This document shows positions 25,850-38,191 of a stretch of DNA of 64,000 bases, piece after piece. This DNA comes from Puccinia triticina (Eukaryota): contig CP110439.1 in assembly GCA_026914245.1 (NCBI GenBank), forward strand, positions 744,001-808,000, read 5' to 3'. Each line of letters begins with the position of its first letter. The first letter of the stretch is position 1. A program made the position numbers and the translations under genes. The notes below the pieces were generated by a model. That model worked only from the letters and a program-made list of their open reading frames with translations, searched no databases and was not told the origin of the DNA.

Positions 25850-26195
25850 CGAAGTTCCTCCGAAGGAAGATTTCAATGGAACTTCGAATGTACTTCGGAG
25901 AGCCTTCGGAGGAAAACCTTCCTCCGAAGGCTCTCCAAATGTCATTCGAAGATCCTTCGCCAGGCCTTCGGAAAAACTTCGAAGTATTGCTACTTCGAAG
26001 CCCCTTCGAATGGCGACTTCGAAGAGGCTTCGAATGCATTTGAACTGGCCTTCGAAGGCACTCGGAAGATTCTTCGAAGGCCATTCGAAGTGTGCGTCCT
26101 GTCGGGCTCCCCAGATCGGCCCCCCCGATCGGGCTCCTCTGATCGGGCTCCTCTGATCGGGCACCTCTGATCGGGCTCCCCCGATCGGGCTTGAT
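25850..26195. repeat. Left subterminal repeats of the CACTA-like element
   Basis: Many CTTCGAAG/CTTCGGA motifs at 25850-26090, then ~6 tandem 14-bp GATCGGGCTCC(T/C)C(T/C) units at ~26115-26190. Confidence 0.85.
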
Positions 26196-26411
26196 TGGAC
26201 AGAATGCTCCGGGATCGGGCGGGCCCTTGGGCCCGCCCCTCACAATTGCTTGGGATATCGCTGCGTGTATTTCTCATTCGGCTAATATATCATTGTACGT
26301 ACAGAGGAGAGACAGAAGGGGGGGAGAGAGACAGAAGGGGGAAAGAGAAAGGGGGAAATAGAGAGAAGGGGGAAAGAGAGAGAAGGGGGAAAGAGAGAAA
26401 GGGATAGGGTT

Positions 26412-28361
26412 TTAGTTGGGAGGTAATACAACTTCCGGGGGGGGTGGATTTTCAGCAATGGAGGCCACGTGCTCCATGATTTGTTCTTCGGAAGGGGGCT
26501 CTTGGTTCTCGGCCGGGTTGTTGTCAACATTGCGGACGGTCTTCTTACCGTCCCAGAGTTGTTGGTCGAGGTCAAGGATGAGCTTAGAGTACGCCACGCC
26601 GTATGCGGGCGACTTCTTCCTGATTCTAACTAGGTCCTCGTCGATATCGTCCCAGAAGGAGATTTGCTTCCGGGTCAATTGTCGACGTTGGGTGATTTGG
26701 TTACGGTTGGCCATGAAGCGCAGGTAGGACAAGCGGATCTTGGCGCCGGCGGGAACTTTCTTATGAATGAATTTGTCGTCCGCCTTTTTGAAATCGGGGT
26801 GGAAAGTCGAGTAAACGTGCGCAATGAGCGAATAGAGGTTGGGTACCTTGGAGGGGGTCCCCCCCCGTGAGACCGACCTTGATGAGCAGAGCCAGGGCAG
26901 TTTTTTCTTGCTTCACGTACTCGGTAACAAGTGCTTTCAATTCGGGGCCATCGTGACCCAAAGGCGGTAAGTGCGCGGCGCGGAATTCTGCCGACGCACT
27001 CTTGATTGCACCCTGTTGAGAGATAGGTGAGAAAATGTACTGCAATATACTGAGAGAGGAGAGACTTACAATGGCTTTGGAGACCGGGGTCTCATTGACT
27101 CGCAACCGAGTTGCGGCGCGGCTGCCGTAAGATCGAAGGTCCTCACGGAGTAACACTCGTCGGACGGTCTCGCGGAGATGGGTCTTGAAGAGGTTGCTGA
27201 ACTCGAAGGGGGAAGCGGTTTCGTCCGGAATAGTGATTGAGCCAACGGATGTCGAGCGCGGATTGAGGCCATTATGGAGGGCCAATAGGAGTATGGCCAT
27301 GTTGCGGGCTTCTGGCATCATCTGCAAATCTGGAAGGCTTCAACAGACTACCTGACCCGAGTAAGAAGGTCGATCACTCACCTGAAATAGGGGCTGGGCC
27401 CGTTCCATCAGCTCGGGACTAAGGGAAAAGGTGCCCTCGATGGCTTGTAGGGCCACCTGCATCTCCTCAAGGTCTTCGGGCGAAAGGGCCGCAGACCGTC
27501 CGCCACTTGATTGCGAGGATTGACTCAGTTGCCTCGAGTTGGCGCTGCTTGGCGACCACGCTTGATGGGGTTCGGGTGGTAACGGATTCATGGCGTAAGG
27601 GGACGCCGGTGCGCCAGTTCGGGCCACTGTGGGCGTGCGTTGGGGTCCTGCCTCGCTCGGTCGGTTGTGCACGTCTGGGGGGTTGGAACCTGACACGCTT
27701 TCAGCTGAAGGGGAGGGGGTTGGAGATGAGGTGGGGGAAGGAGTGAGTGAGTGGATCAATACTCACCAGGAGGATGATTGGGCCCTCTGAGGGCAAGGGA
27801 GTTGTTTCCGACGGAGGAGGCGGGGTTGCTTCCAAATGGGGGGCCTGGGTGTCCGGAGAGGTTGTTACCGGGGATGAGGCGTGGGTCATGTCCGGGGGTT
27901 AAGCTGTAGTCTTGATGGGTGCCCAAAGGGTCGTAATTACCTTGAAACTCGTCCCAGGATCGCTGCCCACCAAGGGGCTGCGACACTGGGGTTGCCTGCG
28001 ACATCGAAAGCGGTTGCGCCATTGAGTTGGGCTGCGCCAAACCGTTCGGGTGGGGCATCGGATTGGGTTGCACCATCGGGTTTGGTTGTGGCGCCATTGG
28101 ATTTGGTTGCGCCATCTGTTGCGCCATTGGATTTGGTTGCGCCATCGGGAAGACTAGTGTGGGCGAGGCCCGAGGGTCTGGGATGGTGTTGGTGCCGTGG
28201 AGTCCGAGGGGCGTTGTGGAGTCCGATCGAGTTTGAGTGGCGGTGATGGGTCGGTCCCCTGGTGACGTGGCAGTGTTTGGACTCCTTGAGTCCGATGGAG
28301 TCGGGGTTTCATGGCGGCGCGGCGCTGCGGACTGCGCGGCTAAGAGGGGCGGATTGTGCAT
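26412..28361 (-). CDS. Accessory gene A of the CACTA-like element: Pro/Ser/Gln-rich N-terminus, helical C-terminus; function unknown
   Basis: Consecutive minus-strand open frames joined by GT-AG introns (e.g. 27766-27705); AQPNPM repeats; C-terminus YLRFMA...FWDDIDEDLVRIRKK...LILDLDQQLWDGK. Divergent from the transposase. Confidence 0.65.
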
Positions 28362-28604
28362 CAACTGAAGTCCAGGGGCTTCCCTTTCTTATAAAAGCAA
28401 GCTCTGTCTGAATTATGATAATGATAAAATACAATTTTCAAAGCACATTTTCATAAAATAAAGGCACACAAAACACAGTCAAAATAAAGGCATTCATTCC
28501 TCCCAATTCCCCACATAAATACCGTATATCATTTGCCCCATTTCCACTATCAAATTTGCATATAAGTAAAGCTTGCTTGGGAATATCCTAGTTCTGTTTT
28601 TGCC

Positions 28605-31600
28605 ATGCTACCACAAAGTCCCTGGGGTCGGCCCACAGCCCCCCCAAACATTCACACTGGTAAGCAGGGTTGGGTCTGATTGCACCAATTGGGTGAACTT
28701 GCTGATATTTTCTGGTTTATGATCAGGTTTTGAGCATCACATGTATCCTGATGGTACATACAGGTACAGATGCATTATGTGTAAATCAAAATGGGCCAAG
28801 GAGGAAAATATTCCATTACATCTTAAAGCCTCCACACATATAAGAAATTTCAATGAAGTACAGGCTTTCCGTAATCAGATGGCACATTCTTCACAAAGTT
28901 CACAACAACCTGCCTCATCAATACCGCACACTTGGACCCAGGACCCCCCCGAGCTGCATGTTGACATTGGTCCAGAGTTTCTGCCTCCACCTCTGCCTGA
29001 GGGCTCTCCACCTGGCCATTCCCAAAGGGTGGAGGTGGATATGGATAATTCAGATGCTTTTGGTTTTGGATTGGATGCAAGACATGAAGTTGTTTGTGGA
29101 CCCCAAGAAATGGAACGCTGGGTCCACAATGCATTGGCGGCTGGATTGATGGATGAAGAGGTTTTATTCCCTAGTCAAGATGCACCTCTCCCTGATCATC
29201 AATTTGCAGAAGCATGCAAAAATTCCTCTTGGTTCCCTTTCAGATCCAAGGAGGTAAGCTGTCTATTTCACAGCTATGTCTCATCATCATCAATAGTTTC
29301 AATAGATAATGGCTGATTTTTTGCTTGGCATGGCCATATATATAATTGATTAGGAAAGCGTTAGATGTTCAATTAAAACAGCATGTGTCAGTGTTCAATA
29401 ACACCTGCTATTATCTGAGTCTGAGGGATATTATTGGACACGTGGGCCTCTTTTGATTTATGACTGTTGACTGTTGATGAGTTCTGAAATAGTGACCTAG
29501 TGCTGACCTGCCTTGTCTCATCTTCCAGGAATTGGCTAATCCAATAGTACACCCACATTTACAATTCTACCCACATGACACCAATGGTAAGAACATCAGA
29601 GCATTGTACCAAAGTGCAAAATGGCGTGAACACCTCCCCCGACAACACCGTGTGCAGATGGCTGCAGTAGGAAACCAACATTACTATATTTCTGAGCCAA
29701 TCACATTGATTGGATCACCAGATAGTTACATTTTGGTGCCAATATTTTTCTACCAGAAGGTCACTGAGGTAGAAAATGATTTATACGCAAAGTGTATTAG
29801 GCCCAAATTCACTCATCCAGATGAAGAAGGAAAATTCCATTGCTACATACGGCCAGACATCGGGTATCATGACCAAGATTTACAGGAGATACCTGTCAGA
29901 TTATTCAACAAGACTTACCAGGAGATCTTTCATAGATCTGGAGAATTGTTGATGTCCAGGTGTGGCAATGTGATATGGGGTAAGCTGCCTTTCACATATC
30001 ATGCTTCACATGGTTGTGCATGTTCACTAATCACCTCATTTGAATCTGTATCTAATGACAGAACATGGAATGCCAACTTATTCCAAACCAATCCCAGTTC
30101 CCAATGAATGGAGAAATAGGGCAGACAACAGGGTCATCCGCCATGTTCCCATCACCCTATATTCGGATGACACCTCAGGTAACCAGTCCAAACAATGGAA
30201 CAAGCATGTTTCATACTACTTCACATTAGGTGGCCTGCCTCCAGAAATGACCAATATGGAGTATAATTGTCATTTTGTTGCCACCTCTAATGTTGCATCA
30301 GCCTTGGAAATTGGGGAGCCAATTGTAGCAGAAATAAAGTAAGTCCAATATATGTTGAAATGTTGAAGGCTTTTCAGGAAGGACATCTGAATCTGAAATT
30401 ATACCAAATGCACATAGCACATTGGCAAATGGAGGTGGCATTGCATATGACGCGGGTATGAAACAGGAGGTGATTTATATGATTGTCCCTCTGGCATTCC
30501 TGGCGGACTCACCAATGGCAGCTGAAATTACCAGCACACCCAATCCTGGCCAAGCAAATAATCCTTGCAGAATGTGCCATCTGAGCGTGCAATCCAAAAG
30601 CCAGAGGTGCACATTGGAATTTCTACGATCTTTCTTTGGCCTCCCAGAATTACCAGTTTCCAGACAGTGGCATGAAACTAGATCTCGATCTCATGATCTT
30701 TGGGAAACATATTATACGAAGACCAAGAATGAATTCCTAACCAAAACTGCACAGTATGGGTTGAAAGACCAAATCAACCATAGATTGATTGAATTGCACA
30801 CACAGAAGGTACATGAAAGGATCAGAATCAATGAACTTGCAACAAATGCACGACCACGAATATTCAATTCATACCTAGAACTTGCCTCCTTTGATGGTTG
30901 TAATGACACACCAGTGGAAATACTACATGTAGTCCTACTTGGTTGTGTGAAATACCTTTTGGCGGACTTCATGAAAAATCGGCTAAGCAAGAGGCACCTC
31001 AAAGAAGTGGAAGCCAGATTACGATCATTCAATACTGATGCACTCAATTTCCCACCTCTTCAGGCCACTTACATGATGGCTCACCATGCATCCTTCATTG
31101 GGAAAGATTTCTGAATAATATTGCAGGTGGCCTCATTTGTCTTTTTCCCATATATGACAGAAGACATGAAGGATCTATGGTTCTCAATGTGCTACATAGC
31201 AAGTATGGTGTTTCAGACCACCATCCAAGATATGGAAGAGTATTTACAAGAACTGACAGCTGTTATTTGGCAGTTTATGTATCACATATCTAAAATGTCA
31301 GGCAGATGGTCAAATAAACCAAAGATTCACATGCTACTACACCTCCCTCAATCAATCAGGCGATTTGGACCACCAATTCTGTTTGCCACAGAGAAATTTG
31401 AGAGTTACAATGGCATAGTCCGCACTGCGTCTATTCATTCCAACAGACAAGCTCCCAGTCATGATCTGGCTCTCACATTCAGCAATTATCATGTAGAGAG
31501 GCTCTTATTCTCTGGTGCCTATATTTATGATCGTCAAACAGGAGAATACTTCCAAGCATCATCAGAAATTACAAACATATTTGCACAGAATGAACATATT

Positions 31601-32446
31601 CAACGCTCTTTTGGTTACAACTCAAAATCAGTGAACCACATGATTTCATACCCCTACTTACACAATCCCAAAGTGAATCCATATGATGAAGAGCAAATCC
31701 CATCCGCACTGAGGTTAAACTTCCCAAACAGTAGAATCAGGCAAGTTTCTTCAATCAAACTTAATTCAAAGGAAACCATTTACAAGGGAATGTTTTATTT
31801 GGTGAGCAAAGATGCAAAACACTCATAAAATACTACCACTGATAACCAGTAATAACAACACTATCCATTTTATGTGGCTAATAGGAGCAAGGATCCCAAA
31901 ATAGCCATGTGATAGCGTGTGTTCAATCAGTTTGGGAGGTCACTCCAGGGAATCGATTCTATTTGCGTCGAGTGGAATGCACACGTGGGCAGATAAATCA
32001 TCATACACGAATGTGGACGCTGGCCAAAAGTTCCACATCAACCATTGTACCTGTCCCTGTAAGTCCCTCTGATATAAAAAACACATGAGGATCCACTGAA
32101 AATAATCAAGAAGTTCAAGAGAAAGCTGATTCCTGACAATTACAAACAGGTGGTCAAGTGTTGTCTCAATGTACAGCATAACTGCTTTGATGGAGGCTGC
32201 AATATGTTTGAAGGCGCAGTGCCAGTCAAAAAGCGACAGGAGGGAACATCTGTGTGTCATCACATCCAACACACAAACTATAACAGTTATCTGCTGAATT
32301 CCTTTGCACATCATGAGGGTCAGATCCACCGCCATGAATCTTCTTTGCAGCCACAATACATTCCTGAATCACTCATGATGAACGCATTACATGAGGGACT
32401 CCAGAAGTGGCGCGGAGAAAATGAGCCTGATGATCTCAGTGATTAA
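28605..32446 (+). pseudogene. EnSpm/CACTA-like transposase, multi-exon, disabled
   Basis: Zn-finger-like CIMC...HLKASTH and motifs VPITLYSDDTSGNQSKQWNKH, FLADSPMAAEI, DTPVEILHVVLLG and KPKIHMLLHLPQSIRRFGPP...TEKFESYN. In-frame TGA at 31112-31114; a phase mismatch near 29253-29354 suggests a deleted exon segment. Confidence 0.85.
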
Positions 32447-33045
32447 AATGTCTTTGTTTATTTGAATGGATGTTCCTCTACTATGTAGAATTTTTCAGCC
32501 CATCCATTTCATACAAGGGACCCCAACCATTTCATCCAAAGGATGTAGCTGTTCACCACATACATTTCATTAATGGGTGTAGCATGTTTTATGTCAATCA
32601 TTATTTATGAAGCTAGCTTGGGAATTTCTCTCCATCATTGTTGTGCAAGAAAGTCTGAATGCTTTTGTATAGCCCAATTGAACTTAGTTTTTTTGGTTGA
32701 CTTCTTTATTTTTCTTCAGAGGTAATTTGGATAAGTATTCTTCAGAGGGAAATTGTATAAGCATGATATTCCCATCAGAGTAATTCACAAGAAATCAATA
32801 AATAAGACACAGAGATTGCATCAGCTTGCAGGAGATTGCAGGTCAAACCAAGAGAGAGCAGGATTGGTAATAGAGGCAAGCACAATAGAATAAATCAGCA
32901 GAAATAAATACATCATAAACACACAAGGGGGGCATGAGCTTATGGCACAAAACAAGAATTGCAGGGGGTGGGTCACAGGGGTAACAGGACATTTTAAACA
33001 AACAAATGAGCAGTGGGGGTGGTGGCGGGTGCGGGAGGGAACACG

Positions 33046-33876
33046 TCAGGTCTGGTTGAGTCGTTTCATGGCCTCGGGGACGCCGTCTGTAAGCAAAACC
33101 GCAGGCCCGTAGCGCATCCCGAAGTCGCAGAGGGTCTTGACAGAGGTGGTCTTGAAGATAGTCCAGTGGTAGAGCGAATGATTCTCGATCACAGCTCGAG
33201 TCACCTTGTCCTCGGCCTCGATGTGGCACAATTCGAGATACTGGTCCATTGACAGGTCGCGTGGTGAGGTTGGAGGGGTTGGGGTCGCAGGTTTGGGTTG
33301 ACTGTTGGTCTTGACTCGCTTCGGTGTCGGGGGAGATTGAGTCAAATGAGCCGACGAACCGGACGAAGCTAGTTGATCGACCCGTGACGACCGCTCCTCC
33401 TTTGGCGAGTGGACGTTGTCGCCTCCATTGTTGTCGTCACCAAAGTCGCCGGAGAAGAACCTGTCCGTCTGTTCGACGAACTTATCCAAGAATGACTTGC
33501 GTTTTGGTGGCCGGGGGGGGGGGGGGGGGTTGGGGTCGTCTTCTTGCGACGCCACATTGTCTTGTTGGGGGCCGGGGTCGTCTTCTTGCGACGCCACATC
33601 GTCTTGTTGGGGGCCGATAGGCGGCGACCCGTCGCAGGACTCCTTGCGAGCCTATCGGGTCCAATCATGTAAAGAACGTGAGTTCTTTCTTGTCAGCAAG
33701 GAGGGAAGAAAAAATAACCCGCTTACCGTTGGGTGGGTGTCCTCCTGCTGAGACAACATCGGTGGCTTTGTTGGCGGAGGGGAGCTGGTGGGGGATGTCG
33801 AGGAGACTGGTCCAGGTGAGCGATGCCCTTTGCCATGGATGTTGGCTCCACTCGCCTCCATCAAACGGGTTGACAT
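33046..33876 (-). CDS. Accessory gene B of the CACTA-like element: disordered N-terminus and small helical C-terminal domain
   Basis: ATG 33876, GTAAGC donor at ~33726 and AG acceptor at ~33652 join in frame to ORF 33597-33046; C-terminus MDQYLELCHI...HWTIFKTTSVKTLCDFGMRYGPAVLLTDGV. Confidence 0.6.
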
Positions 33877-33879
33877 TCA

Positions 33880-34300
33880 AAGGTCCTCCGGAGGTCCATC
33901 AAAAAATAATCGGAGGGGAGGGCTCCGCCTCCAAAGATCCATCGAAGTCACCGGCATTCAAAGGGCCTCCAGAGGTCCTCCGAAGAATATTGGGAGGGGA
34001 GGGCTTCGCCTCCGAAGATCCTTTGAAGTCAGCGGCATTCAAAGGTCCTCCGAAGAATATTGGGAGGGGAGGGCTTCTCCTCCGAAGATCCTTCAAAGGT
34101 CCTCCGGAGGTCCTCCGAAGAATATTGGGAGGGGAGGGCTCCGCCTCCGAAGATCCTCCGGAGGTCCTCCGAAGAATATTGGGAGGGGAGGGCTCCGCCT
34201 CCGAAGATCCTTCGAAGTCAGCAGCATTCGAAGGTCCTCCGGAGGTCCTCCGAAGAATATTGGGAGGGGAGGGTCCTTCCTCCCAATGTACTTCGGAGTA
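33880..34300. repeat. Right subterminal tandem repeats of the CACTA-like element
   Basis: About 6 copies of GGTCCTCCGAAGAATATTGGGAGGGGAGGGCT.CGCCTCCGAAGATCC with variable linkers. Confidence 0.9.
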
Positions 34301-35050
34301 GAGTGAGATGTCAAAAAATTAGGTTTTATCCGGTCCAACCCGGTGGTCGGACGGATATTTCTGTCACCTTCAAATGTCATTCGAAGTTTTTGCCCCACCT
34401 TTGGAAAATCTTCGGATTTTCTTCCAAGATCATCCAAAGGACGGCGACTTTGGAGGTCCTCCAAGTGAGAACCCTCACTTCGAAGGTTTTTCGGCAAAAA
34501 ACCTTAAAAGTGCGTCCGCCGTGTACGTTTGCACGGCCGGCGCTATTTGACACCCAAAGTATGTACATCAGTTTTTCTGTCCTGGCGCTTGAGTTTGACC
34601 CTGCGGGAGATGACAATGCGAGTACGGGGCGCACATTTTTTGCAAACGGCCCAGGATGCAGACAGCTCACCACCTAGTGTCATAACGGTCCAACTGCTGG
34701 CCATCCAGCGGAATGTTGACCGGGTAGGTCAACACATTGGGTGCTCTGACGCTGTTTAGGCAGCCAATAGTAAACCATAACCCTGTCAGATGACCAACAC
34801 TGTGCGGTCATGGCAGTGGGACACAGGCACACGGTTGACAATCCAGTGGTTTGACCGAGCCTCGCCCATTGTGCAAATCTCTCAAAATTTATACAGAGCC
34901 AGGCATCTAACTTGACACAAGTGCCCCGGGCTGGAGGCTTGCATAGTATCCCCCAATTTCCTCGAGCTTAACAAAGCCTCACTGTGAGAGCCCCAAAGGG
35001 GCAGCCCCGCAGGATCTCAGTCTCACAGAGAGCACGAAGTGCGACCTCCC

Positions 35051-35112
35051 CGACGGGAGGTTGCACTTCGTGACGGGAGGTTGCACTTCGTGACGGGAGG
35101 TTGCACTTCGTG
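35051..35112. repeat. 20-bp tandem repeat x3
   Basis: GACGGGAGGTTGCACTTCGT occurs three times in tandem. Confidence 0.9.
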
Positions 35113-36073
35113 CCCCCCGGCAGGCAAGGGACTTGTGCTAAGTTCAATTTCCTAGGGGAGCACAAAGTACCAATTGGCTGTAAGGTTTTTTTAACTTCTT
35201 AACACATAGCTCCACCCCCAGCACCTCCAAAGTTCTTAACCACAGCTTCCTGAACCTTCAGCATCTCCTCTACAATTCTGTCTACTCAGAATTTTTGTAT
35301 CACCATTGATGTATTTAAAAAAAAAATAAAACATGACTTCTCAAAAACTGGATCTGCATAAGCTGTATTGCTTGTAGCTCCTGTGCTATCATACGGATCC
35401 ACCATTTGCTATCCAATCAATATCATGTGGATAGAACCCTGGCAAGCCCCTACTAGACAGCCTTGCATAAATTGTTTCAAAATATTTTTTTGGTAAACCT
35501 GTGAAACATTTTTCAAACTGACACTGCTTGGATTTTTTTTCTGGCATAGTGATGTACCATGTTTCAATCTGGTCTTCTTTTCCAAGGGAATACTTGGTGT
35601 GTTTCAATTTTGTTTGTGCATAAAGGTGCATACATAGTGTGCCTACATACCTGCTCTGCCCTGTCCCCTCATGCTCCCAAGTTGAGTACATTAAAAGTGT
35701 CAAGGAAGGTCCGAAAGGCTTCTAAAAGTCATTTTTTTTTGTTTTAATCCAGTTTTTGTTATACTTTGGGGGGGGGGGGGGGGTGGGGGGTTCACAAATG
35801 AAGTTTACAAAACTTTAGGACACATTTTAAGGTGTTTATGGACATTTTCTAAAAAGAAATTGATAGATTTGACTGATTACTGAGTATCACTTGCTTCTGT
35901 GAAGTTTACCAAAATTTTAAAATTTTGTTCATCAAGACCTTAAATTTAGCTCCAAAGTTTAGTAAAATTCAATTTTGAACCCCCATGTTGTCAATGATAA
36001 CCAGAACACTAATTTTGTACTTTTCTTCAGCAAAACCCACACAAATGGCTGCAGATGTTACTTACATATGTAA

Positions 36074-36893
36074 GGCCCCGTTTGGCACCGATATAATCAG
36101 TGATATATTTCACAAATATTTCACGATTATATCGGTAAAATGGTGATGGCGTTTGGCAAACCAACATATTCAAAACATGAAATAATTTTTAATTACAGTT
36201 CCTACATGCCGATACATTGGCAGCAAAATCAGACCCACCCTTGCAACTCCCAACCTCGATTATTGACCTCATTGAGTGGATACATCATACAACACTCCAC
36301 TAGCTTGATGTATCCACTCAATGAGTGGACTTGTATATCCACTCGATGGCCCAGTTGGTCATTGAGTGGATATAACACTCCACTTGCTCGATGACCCTCG
36401 ATGACCAACCGGGTCATCGAATGGACTTATCCACTCGATAGCCTGGTTGGTCATTGAGTGGATAAATACTCCACTTGATGGCCCGGTTAGTCATCAAGTG
36501 GAGTAGGTATCCACTCAGTGACCCGGTTGGTTGTCGAGTGGAACATGCTCCACTCAATGACCAACCGGGCCATTGAGTGGATATAAGTCCACTAAAACCC
36601 TCCTGTTCATCAGGTGGACTACAATACATCCACTCAATGACCGACTGGGTCATTGAGTGGGTGAAGTGGGTCATAGGCTATAGCCACTCGATGACTGGGT
36701 GGGTGGTCATCAAGTGGAGGGAGAGTTTGTCCATTCGCTTTCTTGGTTGATTGAGAGGTGGGTGGTTGGCTGGCTGAGTTTATACCAATGTACTGACAAA
36801 CGCCAGCAATATATTCAATTACATTTTATTTTGGGTGAAATAATCAAAATGTTACGGATTATTTCACCAATTATATCGGCGCCAAACGGGGCC
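36074..36893. mobile_element. PIF/Harbinger (Tourist-like) MITE, 820 bp
   Basis: TAA at 36071-36073 and 36894-36896; 30-bp TIR GGCCCCGTTTGGC(A/G)CCGATATAAT..GTGA with 3 mismatches. Confidence 0.9.
36270..36720. repeat. Array of ~33-bp palindromic units inside the Tourist-like MITE
   Basis: About 8 variants of TCCACTC(A/G)ATG(A/G)CC-loop-GGTCAT(T/C)GAGTGGA separated by mostly 4-7 nt linkers. Confidence 0.85.
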
Positions 36894-36907
36894 TAAATTG
36901 TTTCAAA

Positions 36908-37130
36908 CAAGAGTGCAACCGCTGTGCTGCTCTCAAAAAAGCATCCTTTTAGCGCAGTGCCGCGGGGGACCGCTACGCGGCCATCCCAAATACTGGTAGT
37001 GTGGCAAAAGTTAAACCACCGCTGCACTACCGCTGAAATTAGTGGGTTCCCGCTTTTCATCCAACCCAAAAAGTGGTAGTGCAAGGGGTGAGGCTGCTAC
37101 TTTCAGCGCAGCGCAGCAGGTGTACCCTTG
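36908..37130. mobile_element. Small MITE (223 bp) with CAAG termini and 7-bp TSD
   Basis: TTTCAAA at 36901-36907 and 37131-37137; degenerate TIR CAAGAGTGCAACCGCTGTGCTGC vs CAAGGGTACACCTGCTGCGCTGC. Confidence 0.7.
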
Positions 37131-37138
37131 TTTCAAAT

Positions 37139-38191
37139 GGGTCAATCTAAATGCACGCCACTTTTTGACTAGATGCACGCCAAAAAAGTGGCGTGCACGC
37201 CTGCACGCCAAAATAAATGGCGTACAGGAGCAGTGCACGCCATTTGTTTGGCGTGCGTAGCCCTGCACGCCAAAAATACTCCTTTTTGGAAGAATTTTGG
37301 CGTGCACAAACCCTCCACGCCATTTCTTTTGGCGTACAGGCGTTGCACGCCACTAGTTTGGCGTGCATATAGTCAAAAGTTGGCGTGCACCGTTTTACAT
37401 GCAGTTTTTTGGGGGGCACAGTTGGCCACTGCTCCCCAACGGCATGATGAATAGTGCCTCCGCCACTATGAATAGTTTTCATAGTGGCCGAGCTTGGCAG
37501 AGTCACTATTTACAGTGGCGGGGCTTGGCGGAGGCACTATTCATAGTGGTGGAGCTTGGCAGAGGCACTATTCATAGTGGTGGAGCTTGGCAGAGGCACT
37601 ATTCATAGTGGTGGAGCTTGGCAGAGGCACTATTCATAGTGGTGGAGCTTGGCGGAGGCACTATTCATAGTGGCGGAGCTTGGCGGAGGCACTATTCATA
37701 GTGGCGGAGCTTGGCGGAGGCACTATTCATAGTGGCGGAGCTTGGCGGAAGCACTATTCATTGGCGGAGCTTGGCAGAGGCACCATTCATAGTGCGGAGC
37801 TTGGCGGAGGCACTTTTCATAGCGCGGAGCTTGGAAGAGGCACTATGAATAGTACATGAAATATGTCATTGGGCCGCAGTGGTCACACCCTATTTTTTTG
37901 TGTGCAACTGTTCCCGCCAAAAAAATTACATTCAACATGGTGCACGCCACTTTTTGACTAGATGCACGCCAAAAAAGTGGCGTGCAAAGCCTGTACGCCA
38001 AAAAAAATGGCGTGGAGGGTTTGTGCACGCCAAAATTCTTCCAAAAAAGAGTATTTTTGGCGTGCAGGGCTACGCACGCCAAACAAATGGCGTGCACTGC
38101 TCCTGTACGCCATTTATTTTGGCGTACAGGCGTGCACGCCACTTTTTTGGCGTGCATCTATTCAAAAATTGGCGTGCATTTAGATTGACCC
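37139..38191. mobile_element. Mutator-type foldback MITE, 1053 bp
   Basis: 9-bp direct repeat GTTTCAAAT at 37130-37138 and 38192-38200; long (~250 bp) inverted arms starting GGGTCAATCTAAATGCACGCCA and built of TGCACGCCA/TGGCGTGCA motifs. Confidence 0.9.
37470..37845. repeat. 31-bp minisatellite (~11 copies) in the centre of the foldback MITE
   Basis: GAGGCACTATTCATAGTGG(T/C)GGAGCTTGGC(A/G) repeated head to tail with no spacers. Confidence 0.93.

Larger units (their letters stand above)
25746..34523 (+). mobile_element. CACTA/EnSpm (CMC)-like transposon, 8778 bp, carrying three genes
   Basis: Perfect 13-bp TIR CACGGCGGACGCA at 25746 with its reverse complement ending at 34523, flanked by TA on both sides. 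Dense subterminal CCTTCGAAG/CTCCGAAG repeats at both ends; EnSpm-type transposase inside. Confidence 0.9.

Noticed and set aside
34532..34545. CACGGCCGGCGC as the start of a second CACTA-like element
   Set aside because: No matching inverted end was found in the window.
33678..34677. Long ORFs over the right CACTA end (and 25675-26277 at the left end)
   Set aside because: Frames are open on both strands because of stop-poor subterminal repeats; not credible genes.
37470..37845. 31-bp repeat array as a CRISPR array
   Set aside because: Units are head to tail with no unique spacers, lie inside a MITE, and there are no cas genes in this eukaryotic context.
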